DNA of 57,813 bases, counting the filler, from Sphacelaria rigidula (Eukaryota): the NCBI GenBank assembly GCA_964200075.2. It is 4 parts of 4 records of this genome, joined end to end, with 100 filler letters (N's around TTAATTAATTAA, not from the genome) between each part and the next. Parts side by side here need not be neighbours in the genome. Positions count along the whole stretch, not along the records: positions 1 to 14,380 come from CAXNAA020002280.1; positions 14,481 to 28,859 come from CAXNAA020002281.1; 2 more parts are not named here. The stretch is one strand, 5' to 3'. A program made the translations under genes and the position numbers. Positions 12,801-22,946 of this stretch are shown here, piece after piece. Every line of letters begins with the position of its first letter. Within the stretch, counting starts at the first letter, position 1. The notes under the pieces are model-generated. The model did not search any database and was not told the origin of the DNA. It worked only from the letters and a program-made list of their open reading frames with translations.

Positions 12801-13844
12801 TTGCCCTCATGCAATGCAATACTTGCACCTTCCTTCAAACCATCGTGATGAAATGGTTGCGCGTCGTTGCCGTAAACTTCCAGCCTCTACACCAAGACTG
12901 CACCTACAGAGTGCTACGCGTTCCAATTGCGTCCATTGTTTTTACATCAAACATTCACCGATCTATGGCACGGAATGCACCGCGAGACCCTTGCGAAAAC
13001 GCCAAAATGAGTCTGCAGACATTCATCTGGGCCCTTACGGACGCTGTACAGACGAAGCAGACAACGCAGATGCCGGAGTGTCACGCCACATTTTACTCCT
13101 GCAAAGAACACTGTCGAAAAACTCCAATGTCCAGGATCGACCACTAGAACAGTGAGCCATTGGGACGTATCCTTCAATCACTCACCCAAACTTTCTTTCA
13201 ACCTCCTCAACCTTTTCACTGGCCGGCGATTGGAGATCATGACTCCAGGAGCTGGTATTCGATCACGAAAACTTGGGACAAAAACAAAACCATGCTGGCT
13301 TCAGCCGGCTCAGCCCGATTGCTTCACAGCCCGAGGTGTTAATTCGCTACGCTAATTCGTCCCTTCGATCATCAATATCTTCCGTGAATACGGGCGACAA
13401 TAGCAATGTTGACCACAAGGAACAAAAAATGACTTCGACTACCTGTAAGGAAGGGAACAAAGAATAGTGTGGACGACACCTGTGGAAGTGTCTGAAGGGA
13501 ACGGCATTCCAGCAGTTACCGTGACATATGTTCCCCTTTTCCCCTCCAGCATCTTTTCCCCACAATCCTCATATGTGCATTATTAGGTCGGCGAAACACC
13601 GGTGGGATATGGATCAGTCGACCTAACTACGCAAGACCTCAGCTACACCATAACCGACCTGACACCAGGGGTGCCGTACACCGTGTACGTTAGCGCGATC
13701 AACCGCCACGGACAAGGAGCAAGGGCCGAGCTAGACTCGGGGGTAGTTACACCGCCTCTTTCGGTGCCTTCGGCCCCTACCAATGTGACGGTACGCACGA
13801 AGGGGTACAACGAAACGGAAGGAGATGGCGTCGGAGACTCTCAG
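611..13844 (+). CDS. Partial multi-exon gene for a giant FN3-repeat (titin-like, probably extracellular) protein; 17 internal exons, no start or stop in the window
   Basis: Exons 611-824, 1287-1415, 1982-2225, 2433-2533, 2823-2941, 3510-3750, 4636-4905, 5697-5873, 6288-6410, 7299-7523, 7746-7891, 8259-8388, 8821-8946, 9504-9661, 11823-11943, 12480-12632 and 13587-13844. All have AG acceptors and GT or GC donors, and the intron phases chain into one open frame of about 978 aa. FN3 signatures recur (PxAPxNV, GGSxIxxYxVEWD, GLxPGxxYYVRVSAxN). Confidence 0.9.
1287..1415 (+). CDS. FN3 gene exon 2 (VQQGNCGDSVSYYVVEWDTS...LAVQ)
   Basis: cag acceptor and gt donor; FN3 strand C motif YxVEWD. Confidence 0.88.
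1982..2225 (+). CDS. FN3 gene exon 3 (RVTTK...GIFQLSFNGETTG...ALESL...ECSY)
   Basis: cag acceptor, gtgaat donor, ends in phase 1. Confidence 0.88.
2433..2533 (+). CDS. FN3 gene exon 4 (DTCDYGFSPCQLIRLDNTWYRVKG...GQ)
   Basis: cag acceptor, gtgagc donor, phases match both neighbours. Confidence 0.85.
2823..2941 (+). CDS. FN3 gene exon 5 (IPLAEAH...YGYEWTVQIV)
   Basis: cag acceptor and gt donor, ends in phase 2. Confidence 0.85.
3510..3750 (+). CDS. FN3 gene exon 6 (YTGKL...GTPYYVRVMAYNALG...VTPNQ)
   Basis: FN3 strand F motif; donor is a non-canonical GC (cag|gcatga). Confidence 0.82.
4636..4905 (+). CDS. FN3 gene exon 7 (IPFAPEDVSV...LISGLNESE)
   Basis: Pyrimidine-rich acceptor; GC donor gag|gcaagt. 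Confidence 0.87.
5697..5873 (+). CDS. FN3 gene exon 8 (TYYIRVSAL...NGSTLQ)
   Basis: ctgcag acceptor, gtgaaa donor; completes GLxxxxTYYIRVSA with exon 7. Confidence 0.88.
6288..6410 (+). CDS. FN3 gene exon 9 (IHVEVPAESGGSNITQYLVDVD...SDE)
   Basis: tag acceptor and gt donor; GGSxIxxY motif. Confidence 0.87.
7299..7523 (+). CDS. FN3 gene exon 10 (MGTLY...DLEPGVLYYVRISAV...SEIE)
   Basis: cag acceptor and gt donor; FN3 E-F-G strand motif. Confidence 0.88.
7746..7891 (+). CDS. FN3 gene exon 11 (VSWTAADENGGSQVLGYKVEWF...ETFR); too short for the ORF track
   Basis: tttag acceptor, gtgaga donor; FN3 B-C strands. Confidence 0.88.
8259..8388 (+). CDS. FN3 gene exon 12 (LWFKGYST...HLDVE)
   Basis: cag acceptor, gtaagc donor, starts after a phase 2 intron. 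Confidence 0.85.
8821..8946 (+). CDS. FN3 gene exon 13 (RSSINGDEGYVYTIVF...ASIR)
   Basis: cag acceptor, gtgagt donor. Confidence 0.87.
9019..9333. mobile_element. Intronic MITE with ~30-bp terminal inverted repeats and an internal telomere-like tract
   Basis: TAAAGAAATGTCCGAAACAATGGTTGGTACT (9019-9049) matches the reverse complement of 9302-9333 (TGAAGAAATGTCCGTAAGCAATGGTTGGTACT). GGGTTA-like units lie at about 9259-9289. No clear TSD. Confidence 0.7.
9504..9661 (+). CDS. FN3 gene exon 14 (VYEVESG...EVQMISIT...GYWRAQFANSNF)
   Basis: AAG acceptor (weak), gtacga donor; EVQxI insert-module start. Confidence 0.8.
11823..11943 (+). CDS. FN3 gene exon 15 (TYVSAGASAAQVEAALEGL...GYDWQ)
   Basis: cag acceptor, gtcaga donor, phase matches exon 14. 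Confidence 0.88.
12480..12632 (+). CDS. FN3 gene exon 16 (VTFESPVGDRGSL...CSECQ)
   Basis: cag acceptor, gtaaaa donor. Confidence 0.87.
13587..13844 (+). CDS. FN3 gene exon 17 (VGETPVGY...YTITDLTPGVPYTVYVSAIN...GDSQ)
   Basis: tag acceptor, gtgaat donor; canonical FN3 motif. The next exon was not found in the window. Confidence 0.9.
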
Positions 13845-14380
13845 GTGAATACACATACGCGCGTCAACACGATTTTCTGGCCATCTCAGATATTTCGTTG
13901 GTTACACAGCGGTACTATTGCCCAACTTTTGGCATATTTGATGACGGCGTCAAGGTTCGAATATCATTCACAAACGAACCATAGAATAGACAGGCGTTTT
14001 GCTATTCAGTCATGCTAGGATAGAGGAGGGGGGAGGGGGGGGGTGATCCCACGAAAAATATGTCACATTGGTGTGTCAGACGACCCAACACGCTCACGTT
14101 GCGCTTGTATTTGGGTAGAAACGGAGTCCAGCAGTGTGAATGAGCGCTTTTTATCGGTAACGAGCGCATTCGAACCGTCACTGCTTGTACGACGATTCGA
14201 AGTGGAATTTCGTGGAAGAAATGGCCCCACATACCCCTCCCCTCCTACCGCGAGCCTGGTCCCGCGAAAACCCGGCGTGCTCCGTACGGGCTTTGCAGGG
14301 ATGCGAGGTCAATGGTCTGATGACTATGGCATGCCTGATCGTGAGGACATGCCCCATGCTCGCCGACAGCTCTCGCCCCC

Positions 14381-14480
14381 NNNNNNNNNNNNNNNNNNNN
14401 NNNNNNNNNNNNNNNNNNNNNNNNTTAATTAATTAANNNNNNNNNNNNNNNNNNNNNNNNNNNNNNNNNNNNNNNNNNNN
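14381..14480. other. Artificial contig linker (N44-TTAATTAATTAA-N44)
   Basis: 100-bp spacer whose core gives stops in all six frames; the same spacer occurs three times. Confidence 0.97.
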
Positions 14481-16409
14481 AAAATACAGGGTCATCATGT
14501 CCCGGGAGCATTTCAAACGAGGTCAGGGGAAACCCCCCCCCCCCCCCAAACAAGTTCAAGAATAAAAAATAAAAAATAAAAAACCATATACAAAAATAAA
14601 CTGCAGTGTTCTCAGAATGCCGTGAGCATGTCCGGGATAGCCACAGGAAATCAGAGACTCATCATTGAAACGATCATCCTATCCTGCCATAACTATATCA
14701 TGAATATAAAAGTTCACTCTTTTGTGGATGTCCGGTTTGCTTTAGGTCATTGGTAGAAAAATAAGCAAGCCCGCCAAGGCATTATATCACCCCGATGACC
14801 AACTTCATGCTAATCACTCGTCCAGGTCAATCAGCAAAAGCCAACAACGTACAGCCGATTTCGTTGCGAAAAAGGTAGCCTTTGGCGAAAACCATACGTT
14901 GAAAAAACCCACCCCTCACAGTATTTGCCCGTTCGGACTAAAACGAGACTGGCTCGAGCACAAACTGGAGTAAAAACCGCGGCCGGTCGTACCGTCACGT
15001 TACTTTGTCCAATAATCCCTGATAAAAACAAAGCACTACCGATCGATTTTATGGGCGGGTAACCGTACCCCAAAAACTGGGAAAAAGTGACGAAGAAAAA
15101 TACCGAGTGGCGGACTCTGAGCCTGTAGACTGTACCAATGGTCGAATATCGACATGGTGGAACGGACAGTTCTAGACGAACAATCTACCCTATCATGATA
15201 CGTAATCTTCCTGTATGAGAAGACGTTTGCAACCAATTATACCGCGACTTCAATGACAATTCTTCAACACCGCCACGTACGACGCAGCCAGTGGTGATCT
15301 CGTTGTAACTTAACAATCACCAAAACATGAAGCATCTGTTGTGTCGCATAACACATGACTCTCCTGTAAACGAGGTCGGTCACACGTGTGTAGGACTCGC
15401 AAAAAGGAGTAGGCCAAGTGTTCAAGACTCGAGGGTCAAAACGTTGGAACACTCATGGCGAATTTCCCGACATAGACGCAAAAACCAAAACCAAAATAAA
15501 TACAAAACCAGGGGCACGCTGGGCAACAGCGAAAACGAAATATCAGCAACATGAAGCAGAAAAACAACACGTGGCGGCCGTCCTTGTAAACGGAAGCGGT
15601 TATCGTGTGTACGAAGCAAGCAGGGTCAAAAGTTTCAACCAAGAAGTCAAAACATTCCAGACACTCGGCTTCGGTTACTATCGCCCATGTTGATTTAAAA
15701 CCCAACGTGGATGGCACACAAAAGGAGACACGTGACGACCGATCCCGAAAAGGGAGGCGGTATTCGCGTACGGAGCGATTGGGCAAGAGCGCAATTATTC
15801 CAGACGGGGGGGTCAGGTATATCTAGCGCTCGCTCCGGAAACTCTCGACCGAAAAGACAAATAAAAAAAATAGCATAATACACGAAACAAGACAAAAGGT
15901 GCGTACGACGAAGAAAGGAAATGAAAAAAAATAGTGAAATAAAAACAACTCGTGGCAACTGTTCCAGTATACGAAATTGTCGTGAATGTACGGCGCGGAA
16001 GACGGAGGTTCAAGGTTCCAGACCCGGGGTCAGGAATGGACCGGTCGTTACTTGTACTTTGCCAGATGAGCCCAGAAATAACCAAGAAAATTATTCATCG
16101 AACACAAAAAAGAATTGAAAACAAAGCACGAGACGAAAAGAGATAAATGAAGGAAAAGGCAGAGAAAACAAAGACAAAAAAAAATTAAAACAAAATGACG
16201 CAAAGCCAAAAAAGAAGAAAACACAGAGCCAGGGTCCAAAGCCAAAAAAACAGAACAAAAGAAAAAAATTACAAAATACAAACCAAACTACGAAATACAA
16301 AATACAACCCCTACAAGGACGGGGCTACAGCAGTACGGAAAAAAAATAAAGGGGGGGAGGGGGAACACATGGGTTTCCAAGGTGGCGGGCCCATGGGTAC
16401 GGGCCAAAT

Positions 16410-17148
16410 TATATAACGTACACACTAATTTCAAGTAATTTAATTTCAATTATTACCAGTCTATCTACAAGATATAACGCATTAAATAACGCAAACTTGA
16501 TTTCAGTATAGACTCCGTCACACTTGTATTCACCGGGCCTCCTGATCCCCGCAGCCGCTGCAGCCACCGTAGCCACAGTACAGGACTGTACTGAGCTGAG
16601 GAAAGATGGTATCCAGGACACCAATGGCCCCACAAGGAGTGCTTTGTCTTTTCGTATACGGGTTGGTGTACCCAACGTTCGTTATGAGCGTCGTCGTGCC
16701 TGCGGTATCGTTGCGGTGGCAGGGGTCGGCGTTCCAGTCTCCATTTTTGTGCTTAGCTAGCTTTTGCCTCCTGTATCCTGCACGGCTTTGGATGCGGGGC
16801 ATGATATAAGGTGGTGCCATCGCTGTCGCTGTGAGTTGTTTCATGCCCCCTGATGGCATAACCCCAGAAAAGGCATATATCGGCATAAATGCTGCTACTG
16901 CAGCTCTCTATTGTTGGCCGTCGTGCTTTTGTTCGGGATGGCTCGTGTTGAACGGTGCCATACAGACAATACTCACGCGATGCCCACCGCCTGGCCAGGG
17001 TTGGCGCATCTTGCGGTGAAGATACAGTTGGTACCGCGACAGAAATTGTTTGAAGATGCAATGGCGAAGACGACCAAATACTCTACACATCAGACAGCTA
17101 ACGCAAACATGCATTCCTCTTGCTTGTGCGATCCGGTGCGCTAGAGCA
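16410..17148 (-). repeat. Candidate 3' LTR of the adjacent gypsy element
   Basis: On the minus strand a polypurine tract GAAGGAGGGCGG directly precedes TG at 17148, and the segment ends CGTTATATA near 16410. No matching second copy was found. Confidence 0.3.
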
Positions 17149-17553
17149 CCGCCCTCCTTCGAAGGTATAAGCTCGTTTCATGATGACATGGTGCCTGTGA
17201 AAATATCTTCGATATACTGAACTGTTCTTGGCTGTAGCCAGCTAGCGGAGGGAAATGAAGCCCAGACCGGGCCTGGACAGAAAAAAAACCCAAACAACTC
17301 AATCTTATTGACCTCTCTGCGGCACATGGGGCTTGAGTAGCGTACGTGTGTCCATCAACACAGAAATCCAGGGTTAAATCCGTTCGAGAATCATGGAAAA
17401 CAACGAAAAAATCGATGATTTTAGTTTAATTATTATATAACGACCTGTACCCATAAACTCGGTGCCTTTTCCAACGACGCTACGGCGCAAGACAAGCGAA
17501 TCAAACATGGTACACTACGCAAGGTGATTGGGGAAGCAGACTCGGATGCGGCA

Positions 17554-19450
17554 TCATGAGTCTTCTGCATCCCAAGCGGTGTCCGTGTTGCGTAGAACGG
17601 CTGTGTCGAGATCGCCTTGGTCGTGTCGTTGGAGGCACCAGGATCCTCGGCGGGCGGTCGGCACCTCGGTGTAGTAGGCATCATCCAAGCGAATTATGAG
17701 GGGGGCTCGGGTCATCGAGGAAATGGATAAAGTAGAAGTTGTCAGATGCAGTATCGTCCGAATGAATCTTACTTAACCGCCACAGTGAATCCAAGGCGGC
17801 AAGCGTTGTCCGTGAAAAGACTGCATGTATTGTGAACGCGAAAGAAGACTATTGCCTGTTACAACAAACCGCGCTAAGTGTTCACGTGCCAGTTCCCGAG
17901 CGGCAGCTCCCTTGCGCATAGACCGATATCTCTTATTCAACGGGCGGTATTGGACGGCATCTCCTACCCAGTATAGCAATATTTCCCGACGAAAATGACG
18001 CAAATCGACTTCACGCTTCCATATAACACGCATGATACCCTTCCAATGTGTTTGATATATTACCGCTATCTTACCACCACGACCGCGAGCCAGTTGATGG
18101 TTCGAAATCCTATCTACCTCAACGCGTTCCAGGGGTGCGTCCGCATCCTCGACCATCATATGATACGGCGGAGTTTTGATCGCATTATTGGTCAACACAT
18201 ACTGGCTAAGCCCCAGCGGCAGTTGTCTGGGCATGCCAGAGGAGTCATGAGGGGGAATACACGGTTTGCATCGTAGCATGGAGACGCAATTTTTCGGTTT
18301 TAAACCAGGTTTATCCCTGGGACAATCTAAATACAAAAGTTTCGCTCCCACCGGACTCTTGTAGGGTGCGGTAGCGCTTGGACCAACAGCTGAAATTTCC
18401 CGAGGACCAGACCAATTCAATGATAGGTTCGCCTTCAACATTTTGTCCAAAGAGGATGATTTTGAGCTAGCCCCTGATTGATGGCCTTTACATCGTTATA
18501 TACCATGCTCATTGGCCTACCTTCCACACCGGGCGGTTGTGTACCATATCATCCAACATCGAGTTCGCCCTGGCCACCTTGGCCAAATTGATTTTGTTCT
18601 GTTCTCGTACTACTTCATATGCAAGACGAAGACGATTGCTAACCGGCAAATGATACTCTACAACATTACGATCCAGACTCTGATGTCCGCCTGTATTTTT
18701 GCGTTCGAATACCGTTAAAGGTAACCTAGGCATGCGGCCAATATATATTTCATTCGGTGACAATCCCGTAGCGGCATTGACTGGATTGTTACAGCTCATT
18801 TGGACAAGGGGCAGGTGCAGATCCCAGTCCATTTGTCTCTCATTTGCTACAGCAGCAAGCATCTGTGCCATGGTATGGTTCACTCGTTCCGTTCCACCAC
18901 TGGTGGAAGGGTGATATGAACTAGTAAAAATGCGATGGGCACCCAAACGGTTACTGACGGCGGCTGAAAATTTGCCTGAAAAATGTGGGCCGTTATCAGA
19001 CAGTAAGCGTTTGGGCACACCCCACTGTGGGATGTACATGTATACAAGAATGTTGGCGGCACATTCCGCGTTATAGCTACTGGCAGGGACAGCGTGCATC
19101 ACCGCATGTCGACCAAATCTATGTGTAAACAAAACATACTTATTACCACTACCCGTCAGGGGAAAAGAACCAAAATAGTCCCACGAAACTACTTCACCAG
19201 GCCCGTTTGGGAGTGGGATCGAAACAATCGGCCAACGAACTGTTTGCCGGGAAGTTTTTCGCGCCTGGCACAAAAGACACTGCCTCACCCACCAACGTAC
19301 ACACTGATCCACACAAATCCTCCAAAAAAACATTCCAACATCTGGGGTGTCCTAATGGCGCCCAAATGAGTCGATGCCTGTGAATGTTATTCGTGTAGAA
19401 CCCAGGGGCGCAGGAGCATCGGGGCATAGATGCAGATGGGTTCATCACCT
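17554..19450 (-). pseudogene. Gypsy integrase (Zn finger, DDE core, long C-terminal extension), frameshifted
   Basis: CLLCQARK, VSWDYFG, LLSDNGPHF and YHPSTSGGTERVN motifs. The C-terminal part runs 17773-18450 and continues in another frame to the stop at 17554. Confidence 0.9.
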
Positions 19451-20282
19451 AGCAAGCGGGCATGTTGACTTGTAGGCTTCCCCCTGAGGAGGGCTGCTGT
19501 GGGCCGGCGAACTAACAAAGCTATACCATTATCATCCGTATGTAGCATATCTTTCCTCGCAAGTTCAGTTACTTCATCCTGTGTGGGGGCTTTGAGGTTC
19601 CCGACGGGCAAAAGGAATTCGGTTTCTGAGAACGAACATGGGCAACCTTTGGATAGATAATGGATAGCTGATTCACAAGCAGGTTCTACCTGTTGTTCCC
19701 GGGTCCAATCGGCGTGGGAGGAGAGCGTCAAACGTTCCTTGAATACGCCAGCTGTTGAAGCGTCTACTTCGCGTTGGGTCGGTTCGGGGCGGGGTTGGCA
19801 CGAAGCAGTGGTGTCGGAATCAAGGGTGAGCCTACCAGTTGGTGTATTCTCAGACGGAACGTCAACGTCTACTCCTGCGTCGATTAGCGTGGAGGGTGTT
19901 GTGGTGGTGTTTGCAACATCATCACCAAGGGAGGGGGGCATCGCCGTGGTTTCGGCTATGGTTGGCAGGGGCGGCACGGTCGGGGGCGATTTTCTGGGGA
20001 CCTTGCGTCGTGGAGGTTGAGGAGGCGCAAGGAAACTATTGGGGACCGGGGTGAGGGCAAGGAGGGGAAGGTCAGGACCAGATACGGCTAATTTGGTGGC
20101 CGTTCGGCGGTCCGCCGTCCATGGGTCCTACTCGAAATCACACGTCGAACTTGAATTGGTAAGACGGAGTCAGCAAAGGACGGTTCTACACCTGCTGCGA
20201 AAACCATGCGCTGGGAAGTTGCACGAAAATGATCATAGCCAACAGTATTCGTAGACAGTCCATTCTAAACTGAGTACAACGA

Positions 20283-21849
20283 TTAAGGTTGCAAGCTGCC
20301 CAGCACTGATGCGTGGGCTGTGGTCGTCAGCCCACCCATGCCTAAAGCCGGCGTTTCTCTCTGTGAAAGTGGTGTGTAGAGACCTCTATGTCCATTCCTG
20401 CTAATGAAATTTACAATGTCTTCGGTGGGATCGGTGACACGTCCCATGGGGGATTCATCGATAGGTTGAGCCGGTGTGGGCAAGCGTGACAGAAGGTCGG
20501 CGTTTGCATTTTGCGGGCCTGTGCGATATTTGAACTGGAAGTTGTAAGACGACAGGATTTCGAACCAGCGTTGTACCCTAGCGTTGTGTTCCGCCATTTT
20601 GGCGAGGCTTTCCAAACACTTATGATCCGTATAAATCACAAACGGGATGTCATACAAATACTGACGCAGACGTCGCATGCCCCAAACAACTGCGCTGGCC
20701 TCTTGTTCCATGACAGATCAATTCTGTTCATTTGGGAAAGTGGTGCGACTCAGATATACAATGGGACAGACAGTAGCATCGTCTTGCTCCTGTTCTAATG
20801 TGCAGCCAAACCCAATTTTGGAAGAATCTGTGTGGACACGGAAAGGGCGGGAACCTTGCTCCGCTGCCGACCAGCCGGGGAAGACGAAAATCGGCGGGCG
20901 CGAAAGGGTGTCAAGAAGACGGCGGACGGTTGTTTCCATTTCCGATGTGGACACAAATTTCACCCTTTTTTTGAGGAGGGTGGCGAGGGGTTTTGGCGTT
21001 TGGGCAAGGTTTGGCAAGTACTGTCTGAAGTAGCTTAAACCTCCCAACAAGGAACGCAGTTGAGAAATGTCCCATGGCATGGGCATATCGGCGACTGCGG
21101 CGACCTTGTCGAGGTTTGGGTTACGACCTTCAGGGGTGATGCAATGACCCAAGAACTCAATCTTCGTGGCGCCACTGCGGGATTTGGAGGGGGCGAGTTT
21201 CAAGTTGTGTTATTCAAACAGATTAAAGGATGATACCAACTGTTTGATGTGTTCGGCCGGTGTGCAGTCGTGGCACACCGCATCATTAAGGTACATATGA
21301 CATTTGGGCAATCCATCAGGTACACGGAACATTTCACGTTGACGCACCTGGAGCTCCGGCGGCATCTTGTGGTGTAACCAGCCACTCGTACAAACCTGAT
21401 GGCGTGCAAAACGCTGTCAGTTCAATGGAATTCGGATCCATCACGAGTTGGTGGAAGCCGGACTGGATGTCAGGGTTCGAAAATACCTTACCCCCGCCAA
21501 GAGAGTCAGTAATTTCATCAATCCGTGGAAGTGGCAGCCGGGCGATTTTGGTGACAGCGTTCAATCGTTGATAATTGACCGTCAGTCTGATTTTGCCATT
21601 TTTCTTACGGATGACTTCTAAAGGTGAGGCCCACGGAGACGTCGAGTGCCGAATTAAACCGGCGGATAAGTAACCATCGAGAGCCACCTGGATCTTATCC
21701 GCTAAGAGGGGGTTCGTACGGTACGGACGCATGGCGATAGGCGGAGTGCCATCAGGGATTTTCAATTCGAACGGTGTCGGGGTACATTGACCTAAATCCA
21801 AGGGTGCAGTAGAAAACCGTTCAGAATATCTAGTCAAGATGGATCTCAA
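20283..21849 (-). pseudogene. Gypsy reverse transcriptase and RNase H, frameshifted
   Basis: ORFs 21334-21849, 20718-21203 and 20283-20711 give collinear RT and RNase H motifs; catalytic YLDD reads YLND. Confidence 0.92.
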
Positions 21850-21989
21850 CCTATCGATTACAGTGGGTGTTCAACCATCGCTGGATAGATGAAAAAAATA
21901 TGCCGCAAATGAGGTGGGATGTCATCCCACAACTTTTGAAAACTGGCGCGTTGTTTTGGGGAAAACCTATCCAGTAATGCAGTTGGGGG

Positions 21990-22946
21990 TTAAGGTTCAG
22001 GCGCATCTGGTGGATTTGTTACCACCATGCGGTCAGGCATGTGTAGCGGAGGGGTGCCCGTGGATTTCGGGGGGTCGGTTGGCGAGTTGTTGTCTGCAGG
22101 GGGGCACACATCTGACAGGATAGTTCGTATGAGAGGCGCTTGAGCATTACCCAACAACTGACCGTTGAGTATATCGAAACATGCAGGGGACGTGAGATGA
22201 ATGGCCTGCCTACGTTCATGAACAAAGACTTCGGTCTGTTCAAACGGACCAACCTGTGCTTGGTCAGGTTTGAGCAATCCGACCAAATAGTATCCTGTGC
22301 GGGCGGGCGATCCATGGCGTCTCACGAGGTTCACATGTATAAGTTGGGGTTCACGAGAAAGCGGGACTACAGGTTCACCAACATAGTATAGACGGAAAGC
22401 GTTACCTGTTTGCGTGGGGTCATCCTCGTAGGCATGAGCTCCCGAATCAGTATCGAAGTGACCCAGTGACAGTTTTCCTGTGACTGGACGGTTCGTGACA
22501 GGTGTGTCCGACGTATACGTGTGTGTGGAAAAACGAAGCCAAGTATCTCGACCCAACAAAACATCAAAAGACGCGGAACCGTCGGGCACAATTCGTGCCC
22601 ATACGGATAACCGAGCAGTGGGAGTAGTATCCTGGTAGAAATGTACACTTCGTCTCACCGATTGATTCATCCTAAGAGATTTGGAGGAACCAAACCCACC
22701 AAAAACACGAGGGTGCACGGTGAACAGACAATGCTCATCCGCCGCACCCGCGTTGATCATCTGTTGCCAGCAGCTGGCTGTAATGAACGTTTGAGGCGAA
22801 CCTGAGTCTAGGAGTGCAAGAGCTATCAAATGACAGTTTACACGCGCTCCACTATGTAAACCTATCTTAGTCGTGAAAGAAGCATCATCCATAGTTGCAG
22901 TACCACTGACGAGATCGGGCCCGAATTTGGGTAAGGCATCTGGCAC
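21990..22946 (-). pseudogene. Gypsy aspartic protease region
   Basis: ALLDSGSPQTFI active-site motif and DVLLGRD downstream motif. Confidence 0.85.

Noticed and set aside
14425..14436. Palindromic TTAATTAATTAA repeated three times in the window
   Set aside because: It is always centred in a 100-bp N spacer, so it is an assembly linker and not biology.
15840..16360. Lys-rich and Phe-rich ORFs, also near 10900-11050, 31080-31170 and 55300-55900
   Set aside because: They arise from low-complexity A-rich tracts in transposon UTRs or introns.
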